Below, one piece after another: positions 28,450 through 39,440 of a stretch of 64,000 bases of DNA (positions within the stretch are counted from its first letter, which is position 1; the number at the start of each line of letters is the position of its first letter). The DNA comes from Eledone cirrhosa (Eukaryota). The notes below the pieces were generated by a model. It had not been told where the DNA came from. It saw nothing but the letters and a program-made list of their open reading frames with translations, and made no database searches. Made by a program: the position numbers and the translations under genes. The stretch spans positions 80,352,001-80,416,000 of the forward strand of contig OZ024741.1 in NCBI GenBank assembly GCA_964016885.1. The letters are read 5' to 3'.

Positions 28450-28512
28450 GCATGTATGTTTGGTATATGTATGTTTGTATATATATACGTGTAATTGTGT
28501 GTGTATGTGTAT
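27620..28512. repeat. About 0.9-kb compound TA/TG/TATG microsatellite
   Basis: Continuous purine-pyrimidine alternation; source of the Y/I/H/T/C/V/M-rich pseudo-ORFs. Confidence 0.95.
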
Positions 28513-28515
28513 GAA

Positions 28516-28896
28516 GGCGCGTGGCTTAGTGGTTAGAGCATTGGGCTTGCAATCGAAAGGTTGTAAGTTCAATTCTCAGATGTGTTGTTTCCTTGAGCAA
28601 GACACTTTATTTCACATTGCTACAGTTTACTCAGCTGTAGAAATGGGATGATAAGACTGAGGTCCCTATCATTCCACTGTAAAATAGATGTGTAGGCGCC
28701 ACTGAAAAAAAGCACCCAGCACTCACTGTAAATGAGGTTGGTGTTAGGAAAGGCATCCAGCTGGAGAAATCGAGCCAGAATTAGTTCCCGTGTGAGCAAG
28801 ACAAGGTCAGCTGACCGGGTACTGCCCACAACAGGACAACCCGTCTAACCCATGCTAGCGTGGAAGAATGGACGTAAAAGGATGATGATGATGATG
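28516..28896 (+). mobile_element. Full-length tRNA-head / CORE-like / RTE-tail SINE
   Basis: A box tggcttagtgg, B box gttcaattc, ccttgagcaagacacttt...cagtttactcagctgtagaaatggg; last ~200 nt match the RTE 3'UTR at 26131-26330; (GAT)n tail. Confidence 0.85.
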
Positions 28897-29258
28897 AATG
28901 AATATATATATATATATATATATATATTTTCATATATGTATATGTGTCAAGGACATGTTAGCCTCCCTAGCATTGGTGATAGGAAGCCCATCCAGCCATA
29001 AAAATCTTGCCAAACAAATGACTGGAAGGACCCTTCTGTTCTGTGAAAGACATGACAACCTCTCTTGGTAGAATGTAAGACCATACATAACCGAGGTGCA
29101 AAGCACCTCACACCAGCCCCTCGTTGTGTCTAGTGGGTTGGTAGCCCCACTTCAGTACTGACATGGTCTATCTATACACGTCCAACCTTTGCTGGCAGAG
29201 AAAACGGACGTGCCATCATCATGATGATGTTGAAAATGTGTGTGTTTAAATTTACATG

Positions 29259-29297
<39 letters not shown>

Positions 29298-29684
29298 TTA
29301 TTCATTTATATAGTTGTATATATATATATATATTTATTTAGTTATACTATATACACACACACATTTACATGTATATATTTATTAAACTCTCCATGGGTAT
29401 TGAGCACACATTCTAACATCCATTAATGTTACGTGGCTATATATATATGTACATACAATATTAAATATCAATGTTAATTAATTCTTAATACTAACAAATT
29501 CTGTTAAAATAATGATTTCTTTATTTATGTATAATTAACGACTTATTATTACTATTATTATTATTATGCATTTCTAGCATTGACAAATATGAATAGTAAT
29601 AATATGAAAAATGAAACAGCGGCAGGGTTTGAATATTGGTGCTGCTATGTGCATAAACGCATGTAGTGGTATATTTTGCTGCAG

Positions 29685-29748
29685 GAATTTTCGACATTGC
29701 AGCGAAGCAGACAACTGTTCAATGTTGCTTCAACTGCTGACGGAATTG
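29685..29748 (+). CDS. Candidate alternative exon (phase 2 in, phase 0 out): xNFRHCSEADNCSMLLQLLTEL
   Basis: Acceptor atattttgctgcag, weak donor TTG|gtgaaa; 64 nt = 1+63, open in the phase-2 frame, with the same phases as exon 31646-31724. Unique sequence amid low-complexity DNA. Confidence 0.35.
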
Positions 29749-30648
29749 GTGAAATAAAAATCAATGATAGGGAGAAGGAGGATGGATATAGAAGGAGGAA
29801 TTCTGCTACCATTGTTCACCAATATGGCAACCCCCAAATCATTTCATATATATATTATACAAACATCTTTTCCCTCTGTTCATTACTAAATTCTCCTTCT
29901 CCTCCCTTGTGTGTGTGTGGCAATGTGTGTTGCAATATGTTTCTCTTATTGTTTGGGGGGGGAGGGGGTTGTGAGGAATACCAACAATAGTAATAGTATT
30001 GATAATAATAATAGTATTCATAATTTCTAGACTCTTGCTTGATTTTAGGAGATAGTGTAAAATATGTCTGGGTGGAGGTGATTCCATAGTTGCGTGGCAG
30101 TTCCCACTATTTCTCGTCTAGTTCTTTCTTCCCTCCTTCCTTTATTTCACTGATACTTCGTCATCATCATCGTCGTCATTACTATTGTGTAGGGCAAAGG
30201 TTTTCAATGTTGTTGGGCATCTGTATAAAATAATGTGAAACAATTATTATTATTATTAACCTTTTTACTCAAGGTAAACTCCACTGTTTTGTAATTTGCC
30301 CTTGTATTGTTTCCTGTCTTGTGGCCAATAAAAAAAATATTATTATTATTATCATCATTAATTTTTTTTTTTAAATCTTGGTGTTACTTACTTTCTACAT
30401 GGCTGCACAAGCAAACACCATGCATGTGTACACATACACTCAATGCCCACCCCTACTCCTCTTCTTATTCCCATATTTATTTATCAAATACTGCAGAAAG
30501 TGTTATACCTATTTCTCTTCGTTTATTTTTAATTTACTGACCTGTTTCAATTTCACAGTTATTTTTTCCCCTTTTGTGTTGTAGAGTTGAGATCGAAATT
30601 AAATAAAACGAATTTGAAAATTTAATTTTTTTAAAATTACACGCATGC

Positions 30649-30731
<83 letters not shown>

Positions 30732-31210
30732 ATGTATGTGTACATATATATATATAAAGAAAAACCTCTTGTACCTTTGTTTATTATTTAGAATGACAAT
30801 GAATTGTGACAGCAGTAATTTATTCACATTAAATTTAATTAAAGGCACCATCAACCACTATGTTTGTATATATACACACACACACATAAATGTATATGTG
30901 TATATATATAGGTATTGTTTATTTTTACTATTAGATATTATTCTATTATTGAATTCATTATGTAAATTATTACAAATTATTATTGTCATTTACTATTATT
31001 ATTTATTATTGGTCGTGTGTTTATATATATATATATATTATTATTATCAATATTATTATTACTACTATTTCAAATGCCTTGAATTGTTTAGAAATTGAAA
31101 GATTTTTTCACTTAGCCACTTGAATTTATTAATATTTTAACTTTGATTCCTTTCTTTGTATCTGTTTGTGTATTTCTATGTGTGTATATATATTTATATA
31201 AATATAAATA

Positions 31211-31250
<40 letters not shown>

Positions 31251-31261
31251 ACATATACATA

Positions 31262-31309
<48 letters not shown>

Positions 31310-31645
31310 GTCGAGTGAGAGAATCATTGAAAGAAGGAGAGAGGGAGACACTGGGAGAATGAGAGAGAGAGAGTGAGAGAGAGGGAAATAAGATGACTAC
31401 AATGGAGAAGCTGCTTTAAAAATCATTTGATTATATATACTGTTGCGGTAATATACCCCTGTAGAATTGGTTAAACTTTTACAGTTGGAATTCTTTGATT
31501 TATTTATTTGTTTATTTGCTTGATTGCTTTGGCTTTGGCTTTGCTTTGCTTTTGTTTGTTTTTGAGCAGGAATGATTTCCTAATGATTCGTAGTAGAGCT
31601 GCTCTGGCGTTATATAATGTATACGCTTTTTCTTCAAATTTCCAG

Positions 31646-31724
31646 CTCAAAATCCAGCATCCAACTATTGAAAGTGAAGCGGGAGAAGACAAGCAGTTCC
31701 TGTTGTAATGGGGGACCGACTCTG
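31646..31724 (+). CDS. TIF1-family gene, linker exon (phase 2 in, phase 0 out): xSKSSIQLLKVKREKTSSSCCNGGPTL
   Basis: Acceptor ttttcttcaaatttccag, donor CTG|gtaagc; 79 nt = 1+78, joining in frame to the phase-0 exon at 41016. Contains the SUMO consensus VKRE. Confidence 0.7.
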
Positions 31725-32584
31725 GTAAGCCAGCTTTCAGGTTTCATTTTACTGTGTCACAGTATATTATCATCTTCATCATCATTGATGTTGCTGCTGC
31801 TGTTGTTGTTGTTGTTGTTGTTATTATTATCATTTTTAAATATACGGGCCTATTTATATATATATATATATATATATTTCTCTACATACATATACATTAT
31901 ATATATACATATATATATATGTGTGTGTATATACTATATATTGAATACTATCCTTCTTTGGCTTAAGCGTATAGAATAATATGCATCGGAGTGTTGAGAT
32001 GAAAAACATGCTACTGGAAAGGTGTATTGATTGCATTCGATATCCATGCATATGCGTGCACACTTCTGTGCGTACATATGAATGTATCTGTGTGTAAATG
32101 TATTTTCTCATAGATTTTTAGTAATTTTACGCACACAAACGTACATATATACATGTATGTATGTATGTATATTTATACATCTGTATTTGTATATATGTAT
32201 AAGTGGGTATATATATCAATTTATGCCTGTGGTAGATAACCAGTCTGTCCCTGTGTGTGCTGCCAACGAAACCACCCACTGCAACTGGATTCTCTTAACA
32301 AAGGCAGCATATAAATAGTCTTGTGGTGGCCTTTTAATTGGTTTTTCACTCTTTCCTTTAGTTATGTGGTAGATAGAATGAATGGAAGGTGGTGAGGTGT
32401 AGTATGAGTAGTAGGCCAGCTTTCACTCACTGTCTGTCTGCCTGTCTGACTCACTGGTTGGCTGGCTGACTGACTGACTGTTCCATATCAGAGTGCATGT
32501 GTGGGTGGGTGTGCTTGATAATATGGATGATTCAACTGGTAACTTACCTCCAAGAAGGTTTGCGTGAGTGTGTGTGCGTGCACC

Positions 32585-32624
<40 letters not shown>

Positions 32625-33012
32625 TACATATGTATTTGTATCTGCACTTATACATATATTTGTGTATGTGTTTGCATATTGTTTACATATCTGTGTCTAT
32701 ATTTGAAGTTAATGTTTTCAATAATATTAAAAGCAGCAATAAATGTTCACTAACAAAGGACTCAATACGGGAGTAGGCTCTGACTGTTTTGATAGTGTGA
32801 AACTGCCTGAAACTATGGTATAAAATTGTTTGTTTTAAAATGTTATATTTATCTAAAATCCTTTTATCATAATTTTATGTGAGAACCTCTGTTCCAAACT
32901 CCAGTTTAATAATAAATGAGAAAATTAAATTACTAAATCTCTACAAATTCTTAATCATTTTCAAAATTGTTTGAGAATCATAGGCAATGTCTTTCATTAT
33001 TAATATGGTAAA

Positions 33013-33235
33013 GGGCAGTGGATTGGTAGTATCAGTAGAGTGTCAGACACCCTGCTTTGCAGCATAGAATTGTGGCCCTTTACGTTCTGAGTTCAAATCC
33101 TGCTGAAGTTAGCTTTGCTTTTCATCCTTATGGGCTCAATAAAATAAAGTACCAGTAACCCACTTGGGTCGATTTAATCGACTTTCCCCTCCCCTTCAAA
33201 TTGCCGGCCTTGTACCTATATCAGAAAACCTTATT
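33013..33235 (+). mobile_element. Nin-domain-type tRNA SINE
   Basis: ggcagtggattggtagtatcagtagag...ctgagttcaaatcctgc...ttttcatccttatgggctcaataaaataaagtaccag. Confidence 0.8.
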
Positions 33236-33323
33236 AATATGGTAAATATCTTAGACAGGAATACAAGGTGACTGACTGACTTCCCAGTTCATTTGCTATT
33301 ACTGTAGTTTCTCTCTCCTTCTT

Positions 33324-33358
<35 letters not shown>

Positions 33359-33841
33359 TCATTTTTACTGATGTTATTATGAAGACTATTATTAGAATGG
33401 CAAGATTGGTGAAGTTAGATGTGTCTACTCTAACTATAATCTTTTAAACAAGTGTAAAAAAAATCGGGAAATGCCACTTTCAGTGCTTGAGGGCTATCCA
33501 AGATTTTGTGTATATTTTTTTCTCCTCAGGTATGCTAGGTGATCTCTCTCCCATTGGGAATTTTTTCTTATTGGATCTTTATAGTTTCATTGTTTTTATT
33601 GATTTTCAACCATTTTTACTCAATGTAAACTCCATTCTCAGTTGTAATTTTGTTCTCGTATTGTATTCATCATGGGCCTTTTTGGCCAATAAAAATATTA
33701 TTATCATTATCATCACCAGACTGATGGCTTGGCAGAATCATTAGATCATTGGACAAAATGATTTGTGACAATTAGTTACTGCCTTTTTTGTTTTTGCATT
33801 TTCAAATTCCACTGAGGTCAACTTTGCTTTTCATCCTTTTG

Positions 33842-35055
33842 ATAATAATAATAATGATGAAATTATTGTGTAAAGTGCTCAGGTGCACTACAACTCGTCA
33901 AAGGTGCATGTATCGTACATAGAATAATACACAAATGTCAGGGAAGTGAATAGTGTATGAGTCATGGTATACATGTGTGTATGGAGGGGGAACATTAGGT
34001 GTAGCGTTGGCGAATCTCGGGAAGCATGGAGGCCTTAAAGGATGCAGTGTCTCAACAGCTAACAACCGATGCAGGTAGTTTGTTCCATGCTTCAGCAACT
34101 CTGAGCGTGAAAAAATGTTTCCGAAAGTCATGGGAACTGTACTGTTTTCTGACTTTGTGGGCATGCCCACGTGTGTTAGACATATGGAAATCAAAAAGGT
34201 ACTCAGGGTTGTTGTTGGCAAGATGGTCAACAATTTTGTGAGTGTTTACCAAGTCAGTTGCCAGGCGTCGGAGCTTCAATGTATCCATGCCCAGGGAAGC
34301 AAGGCGCTCAGAGTATGGTAGATGCCTGATGGAGGGTAATCGCTTGGTTGCACGTCTCTGAACAGTTTCCAGGCGGTCAATGTTCTAAGCAAGATAGGGG
34401 TTCCAGACTGGTGATGCAAATTCTAAGTGTGGCCGCACCATAGCCATGTACAGCCTTAAATAGATAGCTGGAGAGCGGCTGACAAAGGTCTTGCTGAGTG
34501 ATGCTAAGACACCCTCGGCCCTCTTGGCAATTTTAGAGACGTGCTTCGTCCAACGCAAATCGCTGCTGACCGTAATGCCCAGGTTACGTTCACAAGAAGA
34601 CTTCTTGATATTAGTGTTGTAGAGGGAGTATGTGGATGCTGGGTTTTTACTCCCAAAAGGCATGGTGGTGCACTTGTCCACAGCTAGCTTGAGTTGCCAG
34701 TCTGAGATCCATTGTTGCATTGTGTCCAGGTCAGACTGCAAGCAAGATCTATAGTGTTCAGGATCTGTCCTTTTTATCTTGAGGTACAGCTTGATGTCAT
34801 CTGCGTACTTTAGTACCGTGGCATTTTTTAAGTTGGCATCTATGTCATTAATATATGCCACAAACAAAAGGGGGCCAAGAACAGATCCCTGTGGTACACC
34901 AGATGACATCTCATATGGTGAGGAATGCTGCCCCAGAACCGTGACTACCTCTCTTCGACTGAGAATGAAGGACTTCAACCAGTTAAAAAGATCATCCTTC
35001 ACACCCATTGCAGAGAGTTTTGCCATAAGCCTTTTGTGTGGCACAGAATTGAAGG
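33842..35055 (-). mobile_element. CR1-type LINE, 5'-truncated, inserted in a Nin-type SINE
   Basis: KAFNSVPH, SGVPQGSVLGPLLF, YADDIKLY, RPHLEFASPVWNPY; one in-frame stop at 34385; (ATT)n tail; cttttg at both ends (33836-33841, 35056-35061). Confidence 0.92.
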
Positions 35056-35689
35056 CTTTTGGATGGAATAAAATAAAGTACCGGTCATGTAGTGGGTCGA
35101 TATTATCAATTTTCCCCTCCCAACAAATTTCTGGCTTTGTGCCTAAAGTAGAAATCACTATTATTTGGTAGAATCATTAGAGCATCGGTTACTTCATGCT
35201 ATTTGTCATAGCTCTTTATATTCTTATTTCAGATTCTTCCGAGGTTAACTGATTAATCCCTATAATCTCCAGGGTTAATAAAATATTTAACCTATCAAGT
35301 AATGGGGATTAATCTCAATTAATGTACCCCACTCTCCAAAATGTCTAGCTTTATGTCCATGTGAAAAAGAATTATTATTATTATTAGTTACAGTCTCCTT
35401 TTTGTTCTGAGTTCAAATCCTGCTGAGGTTAGCTCTGCCTTTCATCCTTAGGGGGTTGATAAAATAAAGTTCCCGTAACACACTGGGGTCAATTTAATTG
35501 ATTTTCCTCTCACCCCAAATTGTTGACCCTCTGTCTAAATCAAACCATTATTGTTAAATCATCATGTTTCCAACTGTTTCACATGAGATTCTAGTGTCCC
35601 ACTAGGTTTCCTTGTGTTTAGTTTTGTTTAGTTTTGTTGGGTTTTTTTTTGGGGGGGGGGGGGGGGGGGGGTAGTGTATCTGTTATGTT

Positions 35690-37752
35690 ATATGTGCTGA
35701 TTATGTTGTGTTATGATGGCTTAAACAGTGATCATGTCACAGCTACCTCAGAAGCCATGTGAGAGGGTCTTAGGAGAAGAGTCCCCCAAAATTCCTTCCA
35801 GTAGGTTCTATCAGAACCAAATGATACGGCTGGATCCCCAAGCAAAACCAGCGAAGCTCGTAGATGTTATCCAACCATCTTGCTCAGGGTTTACCCCTGG
35901 GTCTCCTGACAGTTGGTTTTGCCCATAAAATCTGTCAAACGATTCTTTCCTGAGACATTCTAACCACATGCTCATAGTATCGGAGCTGTGATCTCTCAAT
36001 TCAGAGTAGTGGCTCTACCTGGAGTGACACTGGTCACTGAGCTATGCACTCTTTGAGTAACGTTATTCCATAGATCCTTTGGAAGAACCCCATTTCGGCT
36101 GCTTGTATTCACGATCGTATTCTTTCGGTCATTACCCAAGATTCATAACCATAGGTTGGGGTTGGCACAAATACCAAATTGAAGATAGTGAGTCTGGCTT
36201 TTACACCTATCTCCCTTCTAATTACCAAATGCTGAAGCTGGTGCAGTAATGCACCAGTTCCTGCAATTCTTGCACTGAACTCAGCCTCCCGCCATCCAAC
36301 ACTCATGAACATGGCCCCAAGATACTTGAACTTTTCTACCTGCTTCAGTGGAACTCCATTCACATGTAGAATGGATTGTGCAGGCTTCCTTGAGAGGACC
36401 AGTGCCTCAGTTTCTTCTGACGAATTAAGTAACACCATGTCATCTGCAAATTCTAGCTGATTGATTTTACACCTGCCAGTCGTGATACCACTTCCAACCC
36501 GGCTGCCCATGCCAATCCTGTTCATGAAGATTATGAACAGGAAAGATGAATGGTTTCGATTTAACACCATTTATCCGAACACAAATACTCAGGCATTCGT
36601 ATAGAGACATCAGAGCAACAAGAAGCTGACCATCCATCCCATATTCCTAAAGGACTTTCCACAATAGTGCCTGAAGAAAGCAGTCATATGCCTTTTTGAG
36701 GTCTACAAAGCAAGAATATACCTCTTGACAATAATCCCACAATTTTCTCGTAGACCTGCCGCAGTGTGAATATTTGGTAGGCTCTGCTGCGTCTTGGGTG
36801 GAAACTGCACTATTCATTAGCTAGTTTGGACTTGACAATATCCCTACATCTCTTTGCCAGACACTTAGCATAGACTTTACCGGGGAGGCTTAACAAAGAA
36901 ATCCCTCTGTAATTGGAACAATCTCTATTATCTCCGTTTTTTGAAAATTTGATTATCACTCCCGATTGCCATTGTTTAGGTTCCTTTCCAGAAATCCAGG
37001 TCAGCCAGAGAATATCTTCTCTATTTAAGGCTTTTTCCCCCAGAAACCTTGCCACATTTGAGCTTTTTAACTGCTCTTGTGACCTCAGCCTCTGAGAGAT
37101 TAGTCACCATTTCCAGATGCACTTCAAGTGCATCAGATGCTGTTGTGATCAGGCTTAGCAGATCAGCAAAGTATTCTCTACACCTCTCTGAAGAATAGAG
37201 AACTCCAGACGTGTTCCTCATAGCAGGTGTGGAGGAAGACTTTTCAATTACAAAGTCGGCGGCAGATGGTCTGCCAGAACACTATATTTTTTTATCTGTA
37301 GTCGGATTCCAGCTTAACCCCAAAGTCCTCCTATAGACACTTTGGACACTTTTATTTCTCTGCTCGTTGTACCGCAAGTGCAAGAAGGAGAACTTATTTC
37401 CCAGCCAAGCTTTGTAGGCCTACTTATTTGCTAAGATGTCATCTTTCACCTCTTGATTAAACCAAGGGTTCCTCCTGCCATCCAACGCTACACAAAACCT
37501 CTTTCGCTCTTAGCATTTAACAGTTGAAGCAGAAACTGCTGAGTTGAACAATCTCCACTCTGTCTCAACATCCTCAGTTTGGTCAGGGAGATCTCTGAAT
37601 TTGGATGCAGTAGTATCTGTATACCTGGTCTTGACTTCCTTATCCACCAACGATTCCTACTTTATCCTATAGCTCACTCTGGACCTGCCAGTTTTGTGGG
37701 CGTCTCTGGCTTAGTACCAGATTGGTGACTGGCACGAATAAGACTACCAAAA
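35690..37752 (-). mobile_element. RTE-clade (Expander/Rex3-like) LINE, RT and 3' part
   Basis: NYRGISLLSLPGKVYAKCL, FADDMVLL, QVEKFKYLG, FVPTPTYGYESWVMTER; many stops and frameshifts. Confidence 0.88.
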
Positions 37753-38676
37753 CTACAATATGATGAGAGGTATGGAAAAAAACCATACTGCATTGAACTT
37801 TACACAGGTTAACAAGGGATGTATTTAGGCCTTAGGTAGAAGGGACCTGTTCAAAAAATATATTGCAGTCACCATTTCATGCCGCAAAAACTGGCAATGG
37901 GCCTGCGACCTGTCCTGGGAGGCGTAGGATGGACACACAAAGATTGCGTATCCTGAGGGCTCGAAAGGGAGCAAACTTTGACAAGCGGAACTAGGAACAT
38001 CACAACCCTTACAGGTAAGGAGCAGGAACTAGTAGAGGAGATTAGATGCTACCGGCTAGATATAGTCAGGATTTCCTCAACAAAGTTCCGTGGCTCAGGC
38101 ATATAGATTTGGATGAAGGATGGTAACTCCTCTATTCAGGTGTGGTGCCAGAAATAATTGTGCAGATAGGAGTGGGGATATTCACAAGCCCCCGTAATAT
38201 GTCGTAATGTGTTATAGACTGGATACTAATAGGAGGGAGTATTTGCCTCTTGAAGCTTAGGTTGAAAGATAGGTCTCTGTGGGTGGTGCAAGTTTATGCA
38301 CCAAACAAGGAGTCCGAACGCAGATCCTTTCTTAATGAAGTCACTGCAGCATTAGATGTAGTTAAGACTGAGTTATATATCTTGATGATGAGACTTCAAT
38401 GCATATGCTAGCAATGACCACTTGACATGGAAAGGAGTGATTGGAAGGAATGGCAATCCCGATCTAAATACAAATGGAGAAGCCTTATTAGACTACTGTT
38501 CTGGTAATGAACTCTATTATGAAGACTTTCCAGCACAGAGACATCCATAAATGTATATGGTCTAAGGGGAATCAGAGACGGAGATCAATAATTGATTTTG
38601 TTATTGTCTCAGATCTCTTCGATTCTGTGCTGGATGTTCGTGTTAAGAGAGGAGCTGAGCTGTCAACTGATCGCTA
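37753..38676 (+). mobile_element. Inverted 5' part (5'UTR and AP endonuclease) of the same RTE element
   Basis: Plus-strand NITTLTGKEQELVEE, YRLDIV, VQVYAP, DFNA, SIIDFVIVS, GAELSTD endonuclease motifs. Confidence 0.85.
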
Positions 38677-38696
38677 TATTTATATACATATATATT

Positions 38697-39440
38697 CATC
38701 CTCATCATTTTACCTCCATTTTTCATGCATGCATGGGTTGGACAGGTTCTTCCCATTGCAGCCTACCTCCACTTGTAGTCTTTTTGATTTTTGTTTTTTT
38801 TTTGTCATCTTGGTGAAGTTCAGCGTTTTGAGATTAGCTCTGAACACTTACTCTTGCAGCTGCCTTCTGCTGGCATCTCTTGACATATCTTCATGTTCAT
38901 CATCCATAAACATCACATGTCAATACTAGCACAGTCTTTGCTCTTGTACACTAAATTCAACTCCTCTTTTACCCAGTTTTTCCCTCAGTTCATCTATTCC
39001 CCGTTGTTCATGCACATTAACATTACACATCTGATGGAGCATGCTTGCTTCATTTCTTTCCAGCTTCCACCTGTCCTCTGCATTTAATGCCTATGTATCA
39101 CTGCCATGCAACATTGCATTTCTCATGCAGACATCATACAATCTACCCTTCACTTGTAGAGAAAATTCCTTTGTTATCAACAGATGTAGTAGCTCCTCAA
39201 ACTTTTTCCAGCCTGTTCTTATTTTTAGCTATTATGTTATCAGAGCAACTTTCTCCAGTTTTTTCAGGTCACTTAAGTAACAGAAACTATCAACTACTTT
39301 TATAGTACTTTTCTGGGATTGGAAAACGTTTATTTCACTGCTGCTCTTACTACCCATTATTCCAGTCAATCTGCCTGTTAGCCTACCTGCAATCCATCTA
39401 CACCTCTCATGTACCCACACATTACATTGTGTACATTCAA
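38697..39440 (-). mobile_element. Degenerate RTE LINE 3' portion
   Basis: Homologous to 4740-5530 (WVHERC, VVDSFCYL, ccatgcaacat, catcacatg blocks). Confidence 0.8.

Noticed and set aside
27452-28572. Overlapping ORFs up to 333 aa on both strands
   Set aside because: Translations of TA/TG microsatellite (Y/I/H/T and C/V/M/Y repeats); not genes.
28516-28580. tRNA gene
   Set aside because: Cloverleaf is imperfect and runs directly into a SINE body and RTE tail; it is a SINE head.
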